DNA of 64,000 nt from assembly GCA_035549015.1 (NCBI GenBank), contig DASZRW010000135.1, positions 3,387-67,386 of the forward strand. The letters are read 5' to 3'. This DNA is from Candidatus Kapaibacterium sp. Its GTDB lineage: Bacteria; Bacteroidota; Ignavibacteria; OLB7. Positions 8,712 through 17,046 of the stretch are shown piece by piece (position 1 is the first letter of the stretch; each line of letters starts with the position of its first letter). The notes below the pieces were generated by a model. That model saw nothing but the letters and a program-made list of their open reading frames with translations. It was not told the DNA's origin and made no database searches. Both the position numbers and the translations under genes were made by a program.

Positions 8712-9023
8712 ATGTTCGATCAAACCAGCCGTTATTACTCCCTCCCTGTTGCCGAAATAACCATCGATGCGCGCGACGGAACGCGGCGCACGGTGCATTA
8801 CGTCCGGCGGCGGTTTATTCCGGATGTGATATCCGTAATCGCCGATGAATACATGGTGAACGATGGCGACCGCCTGGATAATCTCACGGCGCAATATCTG
8901 GGGCTCCCCACGCTCTTCTGGCGAATCTGCGACAGCAATCACCAGCTGAACCCGTTCGGCCTGCTCACCGAACCCGGAAGCAGCATCATCATCGATACGC
9001 TTACGTCGGACAGCGAGGCATAA
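8712..9023 (+). CDS. small LysM-like / phage tail protein X-like baseplate protein (103 aa)
   Basis: Its size, its position immediately before the gpD-like hub gene and the DRLDNLTAQYLG...FWRICDSN segment resemble LysM-type tail protein X. Strong SD GAGGTGA. Confidence 0.4.
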   Translation: MFDQTSRYYSLPVAEITIDARDGTRRTVHYVRRRFIPDVISVIADEYMVNDGDRLDNLTAQYLGLPTLFWRICDSNHQLNPFGLLTEPGSSIIIDTLTSDSEA

Positions 9024-9024
9024 C

Positions 9025-10161
9025 ATGCTACCACAGATTCGATTCTACGTCGGCAAGGGAACGCCGTCGGCAATGTCGCGCCAGCTTACCACGGCGGTGG
9101 AATCCGTGGAGATCACCCACAACGACACCGGTGCCTCCGGGATTCAGATCACCTTCCAGACGGGACGGCAGGGGGCGCAGGATGTGAAGGACGATCCGAT
9201 CGTGAGCGATTCCTCGCTGAAGGTGTTCAACCGCGTGGTGATCCAGACGGTGGCGCCCACCGGCGGCACGGTATTGTTCGACGGCATCATCACCCATCAC
9301 GAATATGCCCCGAGCAATACGCCCGGCCAGTCGCGCCTTACCGTGACGGGTGAGGACGCGAGCGTGATGATGGATCTGGAGGAGAAGACGAAGGAGCATC
9401 CGAACCAGCACGAGGGAACGATTGCCACGAAGATCATCGGGGATTATTCGCAATACGGCCTGACGCCCAAGGTGAAAAATCCGCCGACCATCATCGTACC
9501 CAGCGCGCAGGAACGTGTTCCGGTGCAGCACGAGACGGACCTGCAATATCTGCGGCGCATGGCGGCACGATACAACTACCACTTCTACATCAATCCCGGC
9601 GACACGCTCTTCTCGCCGCAGGCATACTGGGGGCCGCCGGTTCGCAGCGGCAATCCGCAGCGGGCGCTCTCGCTCGACCTGGGCCGCTTCACCAATGTGG
9701 CCTGGATCACCTTTCAATACAACGCCCTCGCGCCGACCAAGGTTGCGGACCGCGTGCAGGAGCGCACCAGCGACAAGCAGGCACCGGCCAAGCAGGAGAG
9801 CACCACGCTCGATACGCTCTCCAAGGAGCCCGGGCTCACGTCGCAGGGATCGAACGTGCGGAAGAGTTTCCTGCGCGCTCCGTGGGGGCTGGACAATGCC
9901 CAGACCCGGGCTCAGGCGCAGGCGATGGTGGATAATTCCGTGGAGAGTGTTGTTACCGCCTCGGGCGAACTGGATGTGGCGGCGTACGGCGATGTGCTGA
10001 AGGCGCGCGATCTGGTTGATCTGCGCGGCGTTGGCGGCTCGTACAACGGCACGTGGTATGTCAGCAGCGTTACCCACAGCATCCGCAACGGCAGCCACAT
10101 TCAGCGTTTCACACTTTCCCGCGAAGGAATCGGCGGGCTCAAGGAGGTAGTTCGGGTATGA
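9025..10161 (+). CDS. baseplate hub / spike-base protein, phage late control gene D (gpD)-like
   Basis: 378 aa. The C-terminal YVSSVTHSIRNGSHIQRFTL is the characteristic gpD-family ending. Its position is equivalent to Afp7/Afp8. Confidence 0.7.
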   Translation: MLPQIRFYVGKGTPSAMSRQLTTAVESVEITHNDTGASGIQITFQTGRQGAQDVKDDPIVSDSSLKVFNRVVIQTVAPTGGTVLFDGIITHHEYAPSNTPGQSRLTVTGEDASVMMDLEEKTKEHPNQHEGTIATKIIGDYSQYGLTPKVKNPPTIIVPSAQERVPVQHETDLQYLRRMAARYNYHFYINPGDTLFSPQAYWGPPVRSGNPQRALSLDLGRFTNVAWITFQYNALAPTKVADRVQERTSDKQAPAKQESTTLDTLSKEPGLTSQGSNVRKSFLRAPWGLDNAQTRAQAQAMVDNSVESVVTASGELDVAAYGDVLKARDLVDLRGVGGSYNGTWYVSSVTHSIRNGSHIQRFTLSREGIGGLKEVVRV

Positions 10162-10649
10162 GATCGTATTACGGGAAATATCGCGGGAAGGTGGAGGACA
10201 ACAAGGACCCGAAGAAGCTCGGGCGCATCAAGGTAAGCGTCCCCACGGTGCTGGGCGAGGGGAAGAACAGCTGGGCCTATCCCTGTACGCCGTACGCCGG
10301 CAAGGATGTGGGCTTCCTTGCACTTCCGCCTGTCGGCGCAAATATCTGGGTGGAGTTCGAAGGAGGCGATCCCGATTACCCGATCTGGGTTGGATGCTTC
10401 TGGGGCGACGGTGAGATGCCGAAGGAAGGAGGCGTCCCGGAGAAGAAGATCTACAAGACCGACAAGGCAATCATCCTGATCGACGACAAGAAGGGGGATG
10501 TGCTGATCAAGGTGAACGACGAGCAGTACATCGAGATGAAGAAGAACGAGATAACGATCGACGACGGCAAGGGGCCCAGCTTCGGGATCGTGAAGCTCTC
10601 CGGAAAAACCGTCACCATCAACAAGGATGGGCTCGAGGTGGATGGATGA
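10158..10649 (+). CDS. central spike protein, gpV/gp5 OB-fold (Phage_base_V-like)
   Basis: The ATG overlaps the gpD stop as GTATGA. It has a strong SD AAGGAGG and the N-terminal YYGKYRGKVEDNKDPKKLGRIKV motif typical of gpV/VgrG spike OB domains. Confidence 0.7.
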   Translation: MRSYYGKYRGKVEDNKDPKKLGRIKVSVPTVLGEGKNSWAYPCTPYAGKDVGFLALPPVGANIWVEFEGGDPDYPIWVGCFWGDGEMPKEGGVPEKKIYKTDKAIILIDDKKGDVLIKVNDEQYIEMKKNEITIDDGKGPSFGIVKLSGKTVTINKDGLEVDG

Positions 10650-10975
10650 ATTATGTGGTCAATATCCAGACGAAGGTCAACTGTCCGCATCAGGGGAGCG
10701 TGCAGTATGTGCTCGTGAACCCGCGGCTGTATGCGATGAACGTCAAGGTTGTGGGCGCCTCCATCGTGACCAAGATGGATAAGTATCCACTTCTGGCGCC
10801 GCCCTGCCCAAACACCCAGACGCCTCCCTGCGTGGAGGTGATCTGGAATACCCAGGCTCTTCGCGTCAAGGTGCGCGGGAGCCCCATCATTCTGTTCGAC
10901 AGCGTCGGGCTCTGTTCACCACCACAGTTGCCGAAAACCATCCCAACCATTCAACAGAGAGTAAAGGCCACCTAA
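10646..10975 (+). CDS. PAAR-like spike-tip protein (non-canonical, Cys-rich, DUF4280-like)
   Basis: 109 aa with conserved Cys and an ATGA overlap with the spike gene. It sits where Afp10/PAAR occurs. No canonical PAAR motif is present. Confidence 0.4.
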   Translation: MNYVVNIQTKVNCPHQGSVQYVLVNPRLYAMNVKVVGASIVTKMDKYPLLAPPCPNTQTPPCVEVIWNTQALRVKVRGSPIILFDSVGLCSPPQLPKTIPTIQQRVKAT

Positions 10976-11332
10976 ATGCAAGTCGATTATCCATTTCGGC
11001 TCGACAATCACGGGCTGACGGCGCTCACCACCACGAACGATCACATCCGCGACATGATCGAGCAGGTGTTGTTCACGGCGCCCGGCGAACGTGTCAACCG
11101 GCCAACGTTCGGCTGCGGGTTGATGCGGTTGATCTTCGCGCCGAACAGCGATGAGCTGATAGCCACGACGCAGTTTCTGGTGCAGGGTTCGCTCGAGCAG
11201 TGGCTGGGGCATCTGATCAAGGTGGAGTCGGTGAATGTGGCCGGAGACGATTCCACTATCAACATCACCGTGCAATACCAGGTGCTGCGCGACGGGCAGT
11301 CTCAGGTGGCACAGTTCTCCAGGGAGGTGTAA
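10976..11332 (+). CDS. baseplate wedge protein, gp25/GPW-like
   Basis: 118 aa. The RPTFGCGL motif and overall pattern match the GPW_gp25 family. Its start abuts the previous stop. Confidence 0.8.
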   Translation: MQVDYPFRLDNHGLTALTTTNDHIRDMIEQVLFTAPGERVNRPTFGCGLMRLIFAPNSDELIATTQFLVQGSLEQWLGHLIKVESVNVAGDDSTINITVQYQVLRDGQSQVAQFSREV

Positions 11333-11335
11333 GGC

Positions 11336-13909
11336 ATGGGGACCCAGTATTCATGCGGCAGCGAGCGGCGCCGAAGCGACGTCCGCGCCTCCGATCCGCC
11401 GATCAACGGCATCGACTATCTCGAGGTTGTAGACCAGGATTTCCTCCAGGTATTTCCGGGGAGCACGTACGATCAGAATGTGCGCCGCCAGCGCTATCTG
11501 CTTGTGCGGCTGTTCCAGAGCGTTCCGGTGGGGCTCGATGAATCCAACATCACCATCACCGGCGGCGTGCGCGTTTCGCATGTATCGGTTCTCTGGGCGC
11601 GCGGACTCTCCGCCATTCTCGATGACGGCGGCGCCGGGCTGAGCCCCGCGCTCGATGCGGCCGAACTGGACTATCTGGCCGCAGTGGACGATCCGGAGAG
11701 CGTGATCCTGGTGCGCACCAATGCAAGCGGCGATTTCTCCACCTACACTCTCTGGATCGTGGAGTCGCAGACGAACTCCGCACCGCTGGACGGCTTCGAC
11801 GTTCAGCTCTATCACGTGGACTTCTCCTTCAAGGTGGAATGCCCGAGCGACTTCGATTGCAGGCCGCTCGACGAGTGTCCGGCGGAGCGTGTGGAGGAGC
11901 CGCTGATCGACTACCTCACGAAGGATTACGAGAGCTTCCGGCGCCTGATGCTGGACCGCCTCTCGATCACGCTGCCGGACTGGCCCGAACGCAGCCCCGC
12001 GGATATCGAGGTGGCCCTGGTGGAATTGCTGGCCTATGCCGCCGATTACCTGAGCTACTATCAGGACGCCGTGGGGACCGAGGCCTATCTGGGCACGGCG
12101 CGCAAGCGGGTCTCGATTCGCCGCCACGCGCGCCTGCTCGATTACCCGATGCACGACGGACGGAACTCACGCGCATGGGTGACGGTGGATACCGACGACA
12201 ACGGCGTCTACCTGCCGAAGGGGACGCCGCTCCTTACCAGGAGCGACAGGATCGGCGCGCACGCCTCCTTCTTCGACGACCTCGAGACCGTGATCCAGGA
12301 TGCGGTGAACGAAGGCTCGCAGGTGTTCGAGACCATGGAGGATGCAACCTTCTACGCCGCCAACGGCACCATCAGGTTCTATACCTGGGACGACGAGGAG
12401 TGCTGCCTTCCCTCCGGCGCGCGCCGCGCAACGCTGCTCGATGAAAACGATTCCGGGCGGCTGCTTCTTCGCGCCGGCGACGTTCTGATTTTCGAGGAGG
12501 TTGGCGGCGCCGGCACCGGGCTTCCTGCGGATGCCGATCCCACGCACCGCCACGCCGTGCGCCTTTCCAGCGTGTATCCGGAGGCAATCCGAACAACGTT
12601 CACCGGCCAGGAGATCCGTATGGCGGCCGCGCCGCTGTACGATCCGCTCACCGGAAATGCCATCGTGGAGATCGAGTGGTACGAGGAGGATGCGCTGCCG
12701 TTCCCGCTCTGCATCTCCGCCGTCGTGGACGGCAATCTTGCGCGCGATCTCACGGTGGCGCACGGCAATGTTGTGCCGGCGGACAATGGCTGGACCATCA
12801 CCAACCCCGATGCGCTGGAGCCTGCGGTGGTTCCCGCGCTCGGCAAGTACCGCCCCAGGCTGAACCACAACGGCCTCACGCAGGCGCCGCCGTACGATCC
12901 CGAGGAGGCGCGCAAGGCTTCGGCAAACGATGTGATGGCGCTCCGCCTGGACAGGGCGCTCCCCGCGATTTCGCTCGCCGGCGACGGCGACGTCTGGATA
13001 TCGCAGCGCGATCTGTTGAACAGCGGCCGCTTCGCCGCGGAGTTCGTGGTGGAGATGGAGGACGATGGTTCCGCCTTCCTGCGTTTCGGTGACGACATCC
13101 TCGGGCGCAAGCCTGGTGAGGGGACGGAGTTCGTCACCACATACCGCATCGGCAACGGACGCGCCGGGAACGTGGGGGCCGGGAGCATTGCGCACGCCGC
13201 CACCGGGATCAGTTCCATTCTCAGCGTTCGCAATCCCATGCCGGCGATCGGAGGGACCGATCCCGAACCGATCGAGCAGGTGCGGCTGTATGCGCCGCAG
13301 GCATTCCGGCGCCAGGAGCGTGCCGTGCTGGTGTCGGACTATGCGGAGATGGCCGAGAGGCATCCCGGCGTGCAGAAGGCGCAGGCCACGCTGCGTTGGA
13401 CAGGAAGCTGGCACACCGTGTTCGTCACGCTGGATCGCAAGGGAGGGCTGGCGGTGGACGAGCCGTTCCGCGAGGAGATGCTGGGCTTCCTGGACACTTA
13501 TCGGCTGATCGATCGCGACGTGGAGGTGAACGGGCCCAGCTTCGTTTCGCTGGATATCGCGATGGAGGTCTGCGTGAAGGAGGGATACTATCGCGCTCCG
13601 GTGAAGACCGCGCTGCTCAAGCTCTTCAGCAACCGGATGCTTGCCAACGGCACGCTGGGCTTCTTCCATCCGGACAACCTCACCTTCAACCAGCCGGTCT
13701 ACCTGAGTGCGATGATCACGGCCGCGGCCGATGTGCCGGGGGTGAAGTGGGTTACGATGAAGCGCTTCCAGCGCTGGGGGCGGCGCCCGAACGGCGAGCT
13801 GGACGCCGGCATCATTCAGATTGGGCGCCTGGAGATTGCACGGCTGGATAACGATCCCAGCGCTCCCGAGAACGGACGCATCGACATCACCATGAAAGGG
13901 GGGCTATGA
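11336..13909 (+). CDS. Baseplate_J (T4 gp6 / P2 gpJ-like) baseplate wedge protein, paralog 1 (857 aa)
   Basis: The N-terminal region ...DWPERSPADIEVALVELLAYAADYLSYYQD...ARLLDY and the C-terminal domain are typical of Baseplate_J. It is Afp11-like. Confidence 0.7.
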   Translation: MGTQYSCGSERRRSDVRASDPPINGIDYLEVVDQDFLQVFPGSTYDQNVRRQRYLLVRLFQSVPVGLDESNITITGGVRVSHVSVLWARGLSAILDDGGAGLSPALDAAELDYLAAVDDPESVILVRTNASGDFSTYTLWIVESQTNSAPLDGFDVQLYHVDFSFKVECPSDFDCRPLDECPAERVEEPLIDYLTKDYESFRRLMLDRLSITLPDWPERSPADIEVALVELLAYAADYLSYYQDAVGTEAYLGTARKRVSIRRHARLLDYPMHDGRNSRAWVTVDTDDNGVYLPKGTPLLTRSDRIGAHASFFDDLETVIQDAVNEGSQVFETMEDATFYAANGTIRFYTWDDEECCLPSGARRATLLDENDSGRLLLRAGDVLIFEEVGGAGTGLPADADPTHRHAVRLSSVYPEAIRTTFTGQEIRMAAAPLYDPLTGNAIVEIEWYEEDALPFPLCISAVVDGNLARDLTVAHGNVVPADNGWTITNPDALEPAVVPALGKYRPRLNHNGLTQAPPYDPEEARKASANDVMALRLDRALPAISLAGDGDVWISQRDLLNSGRFAAEFVVEMEDDGSAFLRFGDDILGRKPGEGTEFVTTYRIGNGRAGNVGAGSIAHAATGISSILSVRNPMPAIGGTDPEPIEQVRLYAPQAFRRQERAVLVSDYAEMAERHPGVQKAQATLRWTGSWHTVFVTLDRKGGLAVDEPFREEMLGFLDTYRLIDRDVEVNGPSFVSLDIAMEVCVKEGYYRAPVKTALLKLFSNRMLANGTLGFFHPDNLTFNQPVYLSAMITAAADVPGVKWVTMKRFQRWGRRPNGELDAGIIQIGRLEIARLDNDPSAPENGRIDITMKGGL

Positions 13910-16900
13910 GCACCGTGAATGATAACCTCAACACCTGCGGCTGCTGCGATCCGGGGTTCGAACCGTTGCCGGTTCACTACAACCCGTCCGGCCTGCCTGC
14001 ACTCGAGTATCGGATCGGCACGCACAACGATTTCCTGCGGCGGATGCTCCACCGCATTTCGTACCAGACGCTTCCCGATGGTGACAACGCCGGCGCGCGG
14101 CCTCTCTCGGCCCTTTCCACACGCTCCACGGACGACGCATCCATTGCCCTGATCGACGCATGGGCGGTGGCGCTGGATGTTCTGACGTTCTACCAGGAGC
14201 GAATCGTCAACGAGGGATACCTGCGCACGGCCACGGAGCGGCGCTCCGTGCTGGAGCTGGCGCGGATGATCGGCTACGAGCTGAACCCCGGCGTGGCGGC
14301 CACTGCCTATCTCGCGTTCAAACTGGATGGTGCGAAGACCAGCCCGAAGAGCGTGCTGATTCCGGTGGGGATGAAACTTCAGGACGTTCCCGTGAAGGAG
14401 GCGCTGCCGCAGAAGTTCGAAGTGGCGGAGCAGGTGGAGGCACGTCCCGAATGGAACGAAATGGGAGCGCGCATGCGTTCGGTGATCCCGGTAACGCCGG
14501 ACTCCACCTCCATCATCGTGAAGGGGACCAGCGCCAACGGCCTGTCGCAGGGGGACATCGTCGTGGTGGTGAGCCAGGACCGGTTCGCATCCGCAACCAG
14601 CGACAACTGGGTTGCTGCGACGATCGCCTCCGTGGTGTTCGACGACGACAACGACATCACCGTGATCGTGCTGGAGAAGTCGCTGGCCGCGTTGAAGGGT
14701 GGGCCGCTTACGCTTACCAATCCCCGCGTGTTCGCACTCCGCACGCGCGCACGTTTCTTCGGATTCAACGCGCCGGACTGGAAGCTGCTCCTGCAGGCCA
14801 CCCGCGCCAATTACGGCAACGGGGACGACTGGCCCGGCATGCGCATCCCCGTGGATGGTGAGTTCGATCTCAACGCGGAGTACGCGCGCGTTGTGCCGGG
14901 AAGCTGGGTGATCGTTCGCGGACCGGTGATGCATGCCGAAGGGGGAGCGGTGACCACTGCAACACGGACGAAGCTGTACAGGGTGAACGACGCGCAGCTC
15001 GTCTCGCGCACGGACTTCACGCTGAGCGACATGGTGACCCGCGTGGTGCCGGACAGCACGGCTCCCGCGCATGCCCCGTTCCCGGCGGTTCCCCCTCCAC
15101 CCCCTCCGCCCGATGTCTTCATGGTGCGCGGTGCGGAGGTGTATGCACAGAGCGAGGAGCTCGAGCTGGCGGAGCAGCCGGAGGTGGCGCCGATTTTCGG
15201 CGGCGAGATCGTTCTCGATGGGATCGTGTTCGGGCTCGTGCCCGGACGCAAGGCCATCGTTACCGGCAAGCGGCCGCGCATGCACGTGCTCAGCTACGAT
15301 CTCACGCTCGGAAGCCTGGCGCTTCGCCGCGGCGATTCACTGCAGGTGACTGCGCCGCCGCAGATGCCTCCCACGTCCGCGGCCGTCGCGGTTCTCGCGG
15401 CGCTCTCCCCGGCGCTCGGCTTTCAGGGGCCGGCGGCGCTGCGCATGGGGCCGGGTGCCGCCGCCGGCGGCCTCCCACCCACTGGAGCGCGATCTCCGGC
15501 CGGCAGCCGTGGGCTGATTCTCGGGCTTCCCGATTTCATCATTCCCGACGCCGATACGGGCGCCGATACGAGTGCAGGCGGCGGCGCGAGCACCGGTGGC
15601 ACCTCCGGCACCAGCGTCACGTGCAGCACCTGCTACATCTGGAGTGTGCTGGCGCGCGGCGGTACGGCCGGCACCATCCAGCCTCCCGTGAGCGCCTACG
15701 AATGGCAGAACGCCGAGGCCGACGACGATGTGTGGAGCGAGCTCGTGGAGATCAAGAGTGTCCGGAACGACAACGTCAACACCTTCGTCACGCTCAAGAA
15801 GAATCTGGACGGCATCTACGATCGCGCCTCGTTCGCCCTGCTGGGGAACGTTGTTCGCGCAACGCACGGCGAGACGATCGTCGAGGAACTGGGCGATGGG
15901 AACGGGTCGCAGACCAACCAGCGATTCGTGCTGAAGAAGCCGCCGCTTACCTACGTCGCGGCCGCAAGCGCCACCGGCAACCAGGATACGCTGGAGGTGC
16001 GCGTGAACGGTGTGCTGTGGAAGGAGGCGCCCTACCTGTACGGGGCCGGCTCGCGCAGCGAGGTGTACATGGTGCGGAACAGCAACGAGGGGAAGACGAG
16101 CGTGATCTTCGGCGACGGCCGCAACGGAGCCAGGATCCCGAGCGGCGACGGAAACGTGACCGCCGTCTATCGCAGCGGCATCGGGCTGGACGGAAACGTC
16201 GCGGCCGATTCGCTGACCGTGATGCAGACCAAGCCGCTCGGCGTGTCGGAGGTGAACAACCCGCTCGCAGCGGAGGGAGGGGCCGATCCGGAGAATCTGT
16301 TCGAGGCGCGGTTGAATGCTCCGGTCACGGTGCTCACGTTCGATCGCATCGTGTCGCTGCGGGACTTCGAGGATTTCACGCGGGCGTTTGCGGGCGTCGC
16401 CAAGGCGCAGGCGGTGATCCTCTGGAACGGCAGCACCCAGATCGTTCACGTGACCGTTGCAGGCGCGGGGGAGAAGCCGGCCGGCACGGAGCTGCAGACC
16501 AACCTCCGCAACGCAATCGATTCGCTTCGTGACCCGACGATCGAATACAGCATCGGCGGCTATCGCGAGTGCCGCTTCAACATCGCCGCGCGCATCACGG
16601 TGGACTCCCGATATCTCCCGGAGGTCGTGAAGGCGAGCGTGAAGCAGGCGTTGAACAGCCGGTTCAGTTTCGACGCGCGCGAGTTCGGGCAGAGCGTGAG
16701 CAGTTCCGAGGTGATCAGCGTGATTCAGAAGACCGAAGGCGTGGTGTGGGTGGATCTGGACGCGCTCTACTTCGCGGCCCAGCCCGGCGCCACGGTTGCT
16801 CCCTCACTCAGCTCCGTGCTTGCGGGGCGCAAGGCCCGGTGGACCTATGGCTCCGATGGATGCGGCTCGCAGACATCGGCGCTTGCAACGCCCGCGCTTC

Positions 16901-17037
16901 CGCGCACGGGCATCGAGACACTGGTGCGCGTGACCCCCGCCACGACACCCCGTTCGCTGGCGACGATCAAAGATGCGCAGCTCCTGTTGATCAATCCGGA
17001 CGGCATCGACATCAACCTGAACTCACCTCAGCAATAA
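13906..17037 (+). CDS. Baseplate_J-like baseplate wedge protein, paralog 2 (1043 aa) with an inserted low-complexity region
   Basis: Its start overlaps the previous stop as ATGA. The N-terminal and C-terminal regions parallel the preceding gene, for example ELARMIGYELNPGVAA versus the same region of paralog 1. It contains a PPPPPPP run and a Gly/Ala/Ser/Thr-rich stretch around 15060-15620. Confidence 0.6.
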   Translation: MSTVNDNLNTCGCCDPGFEPLPVHYNPSGLPALEYRIGTHNDFLRRMLHRISYQTLPDGDNAGARPLSALSTRSTDDASIALIDAWAVALDVLTFYQERIVNEGYLRTATERRSVLELARMIGYELNPGVAATAYLAFKLDGAKTSPKSVLIPVGMKLQDVPVKEALPQKFEVAEQVEARPEWNEMGARMRSVIPVTPDSTSIIVKGTSANGLSQGDIVVVVSQDRFASATSDNWVAATIASVVFDDDNDITVIVLEKSLAALKGGPLTLTNPRVFALRTRARFFGFNAPDWKLLLQATRANYGNGDDWPGMRIPVDGEFDLNAEYARVVPGSWVIVRGPVMHAEGGAVTTATRTKLYRVNDAQLVSRTDFTLSDMVTRVVPDSTAPAHAPFPAVPPPPPPPDVFMVRGAEVYAQSEELELAEQPEVAPIFGGEIVLDGIVFGLVPGRKAIVTGKRPRMHVLSYDLTLGSLALRRGDSLQVTAPPQMPPTSAAVAVLAALSPALGFQGPAALRMGPGAAAGGLPPTGARSPAGSRGLILGLPDFIIPDADTGADTSAGGGASTGGTSGTSVTCSTCYIWSVLARGGTAGTIQPPVSAYEWQNAEADDDVWSELVEIKSVRNDNVNTFVTLKKNLDGIYDRASFALLGNVVRATHGETIVEELGDGNGSQTNQRFVLKKPPLTYVAAASATGNQDTLEVRVNGVLWKEAPYLYGAGSRSEVYMVRNSNEGKTSVIFGDGRNGARIPSGDGNVTAVYRSGIGLDGNVAADSLTVMQTKPLGVSEVNNPLAAEGGADPENLFEARLNAPVTVLTFDRIVSLRDFEDFTRAFAGVAKAQAVILWNGSTQIVHVTVAGAGEKPAGTELQTNLRNAIDSLRDPTIEYSIGGYRECRFNIAARITVDSRYLPEVVKASVKQALNSRFSFDAREFGQSVSSSEVISVIQKTEGVVWVDLDALYFAAQPGATVAPSLSSVLAGRKARWTYGSDGCGSQTSALATPALPRTGIETLVRVTPATTPRSLATIKDAQLLLINPDGIDINLNSPQQ

Positions 17038-17046
17038 GGAGCGGCA

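Noticed and set aside
12167-15285. 500-aa, 489-aa and other minus-strand ORFs opposite the Baseplate_J genes, and many 60-300 aa out-of-frame ORFs across 2.3-7.4 kb (for example 2319..3407 -, 5919..7364 -, 6209..6979 +).
   Set aside because: Their composition is Arg/Pro/Gly/His-rich. They overlap well-supported genes (ATPase, J-like) on the other strand or frame. The only real part of 6209..7450 is its in-frame tail from 6980.
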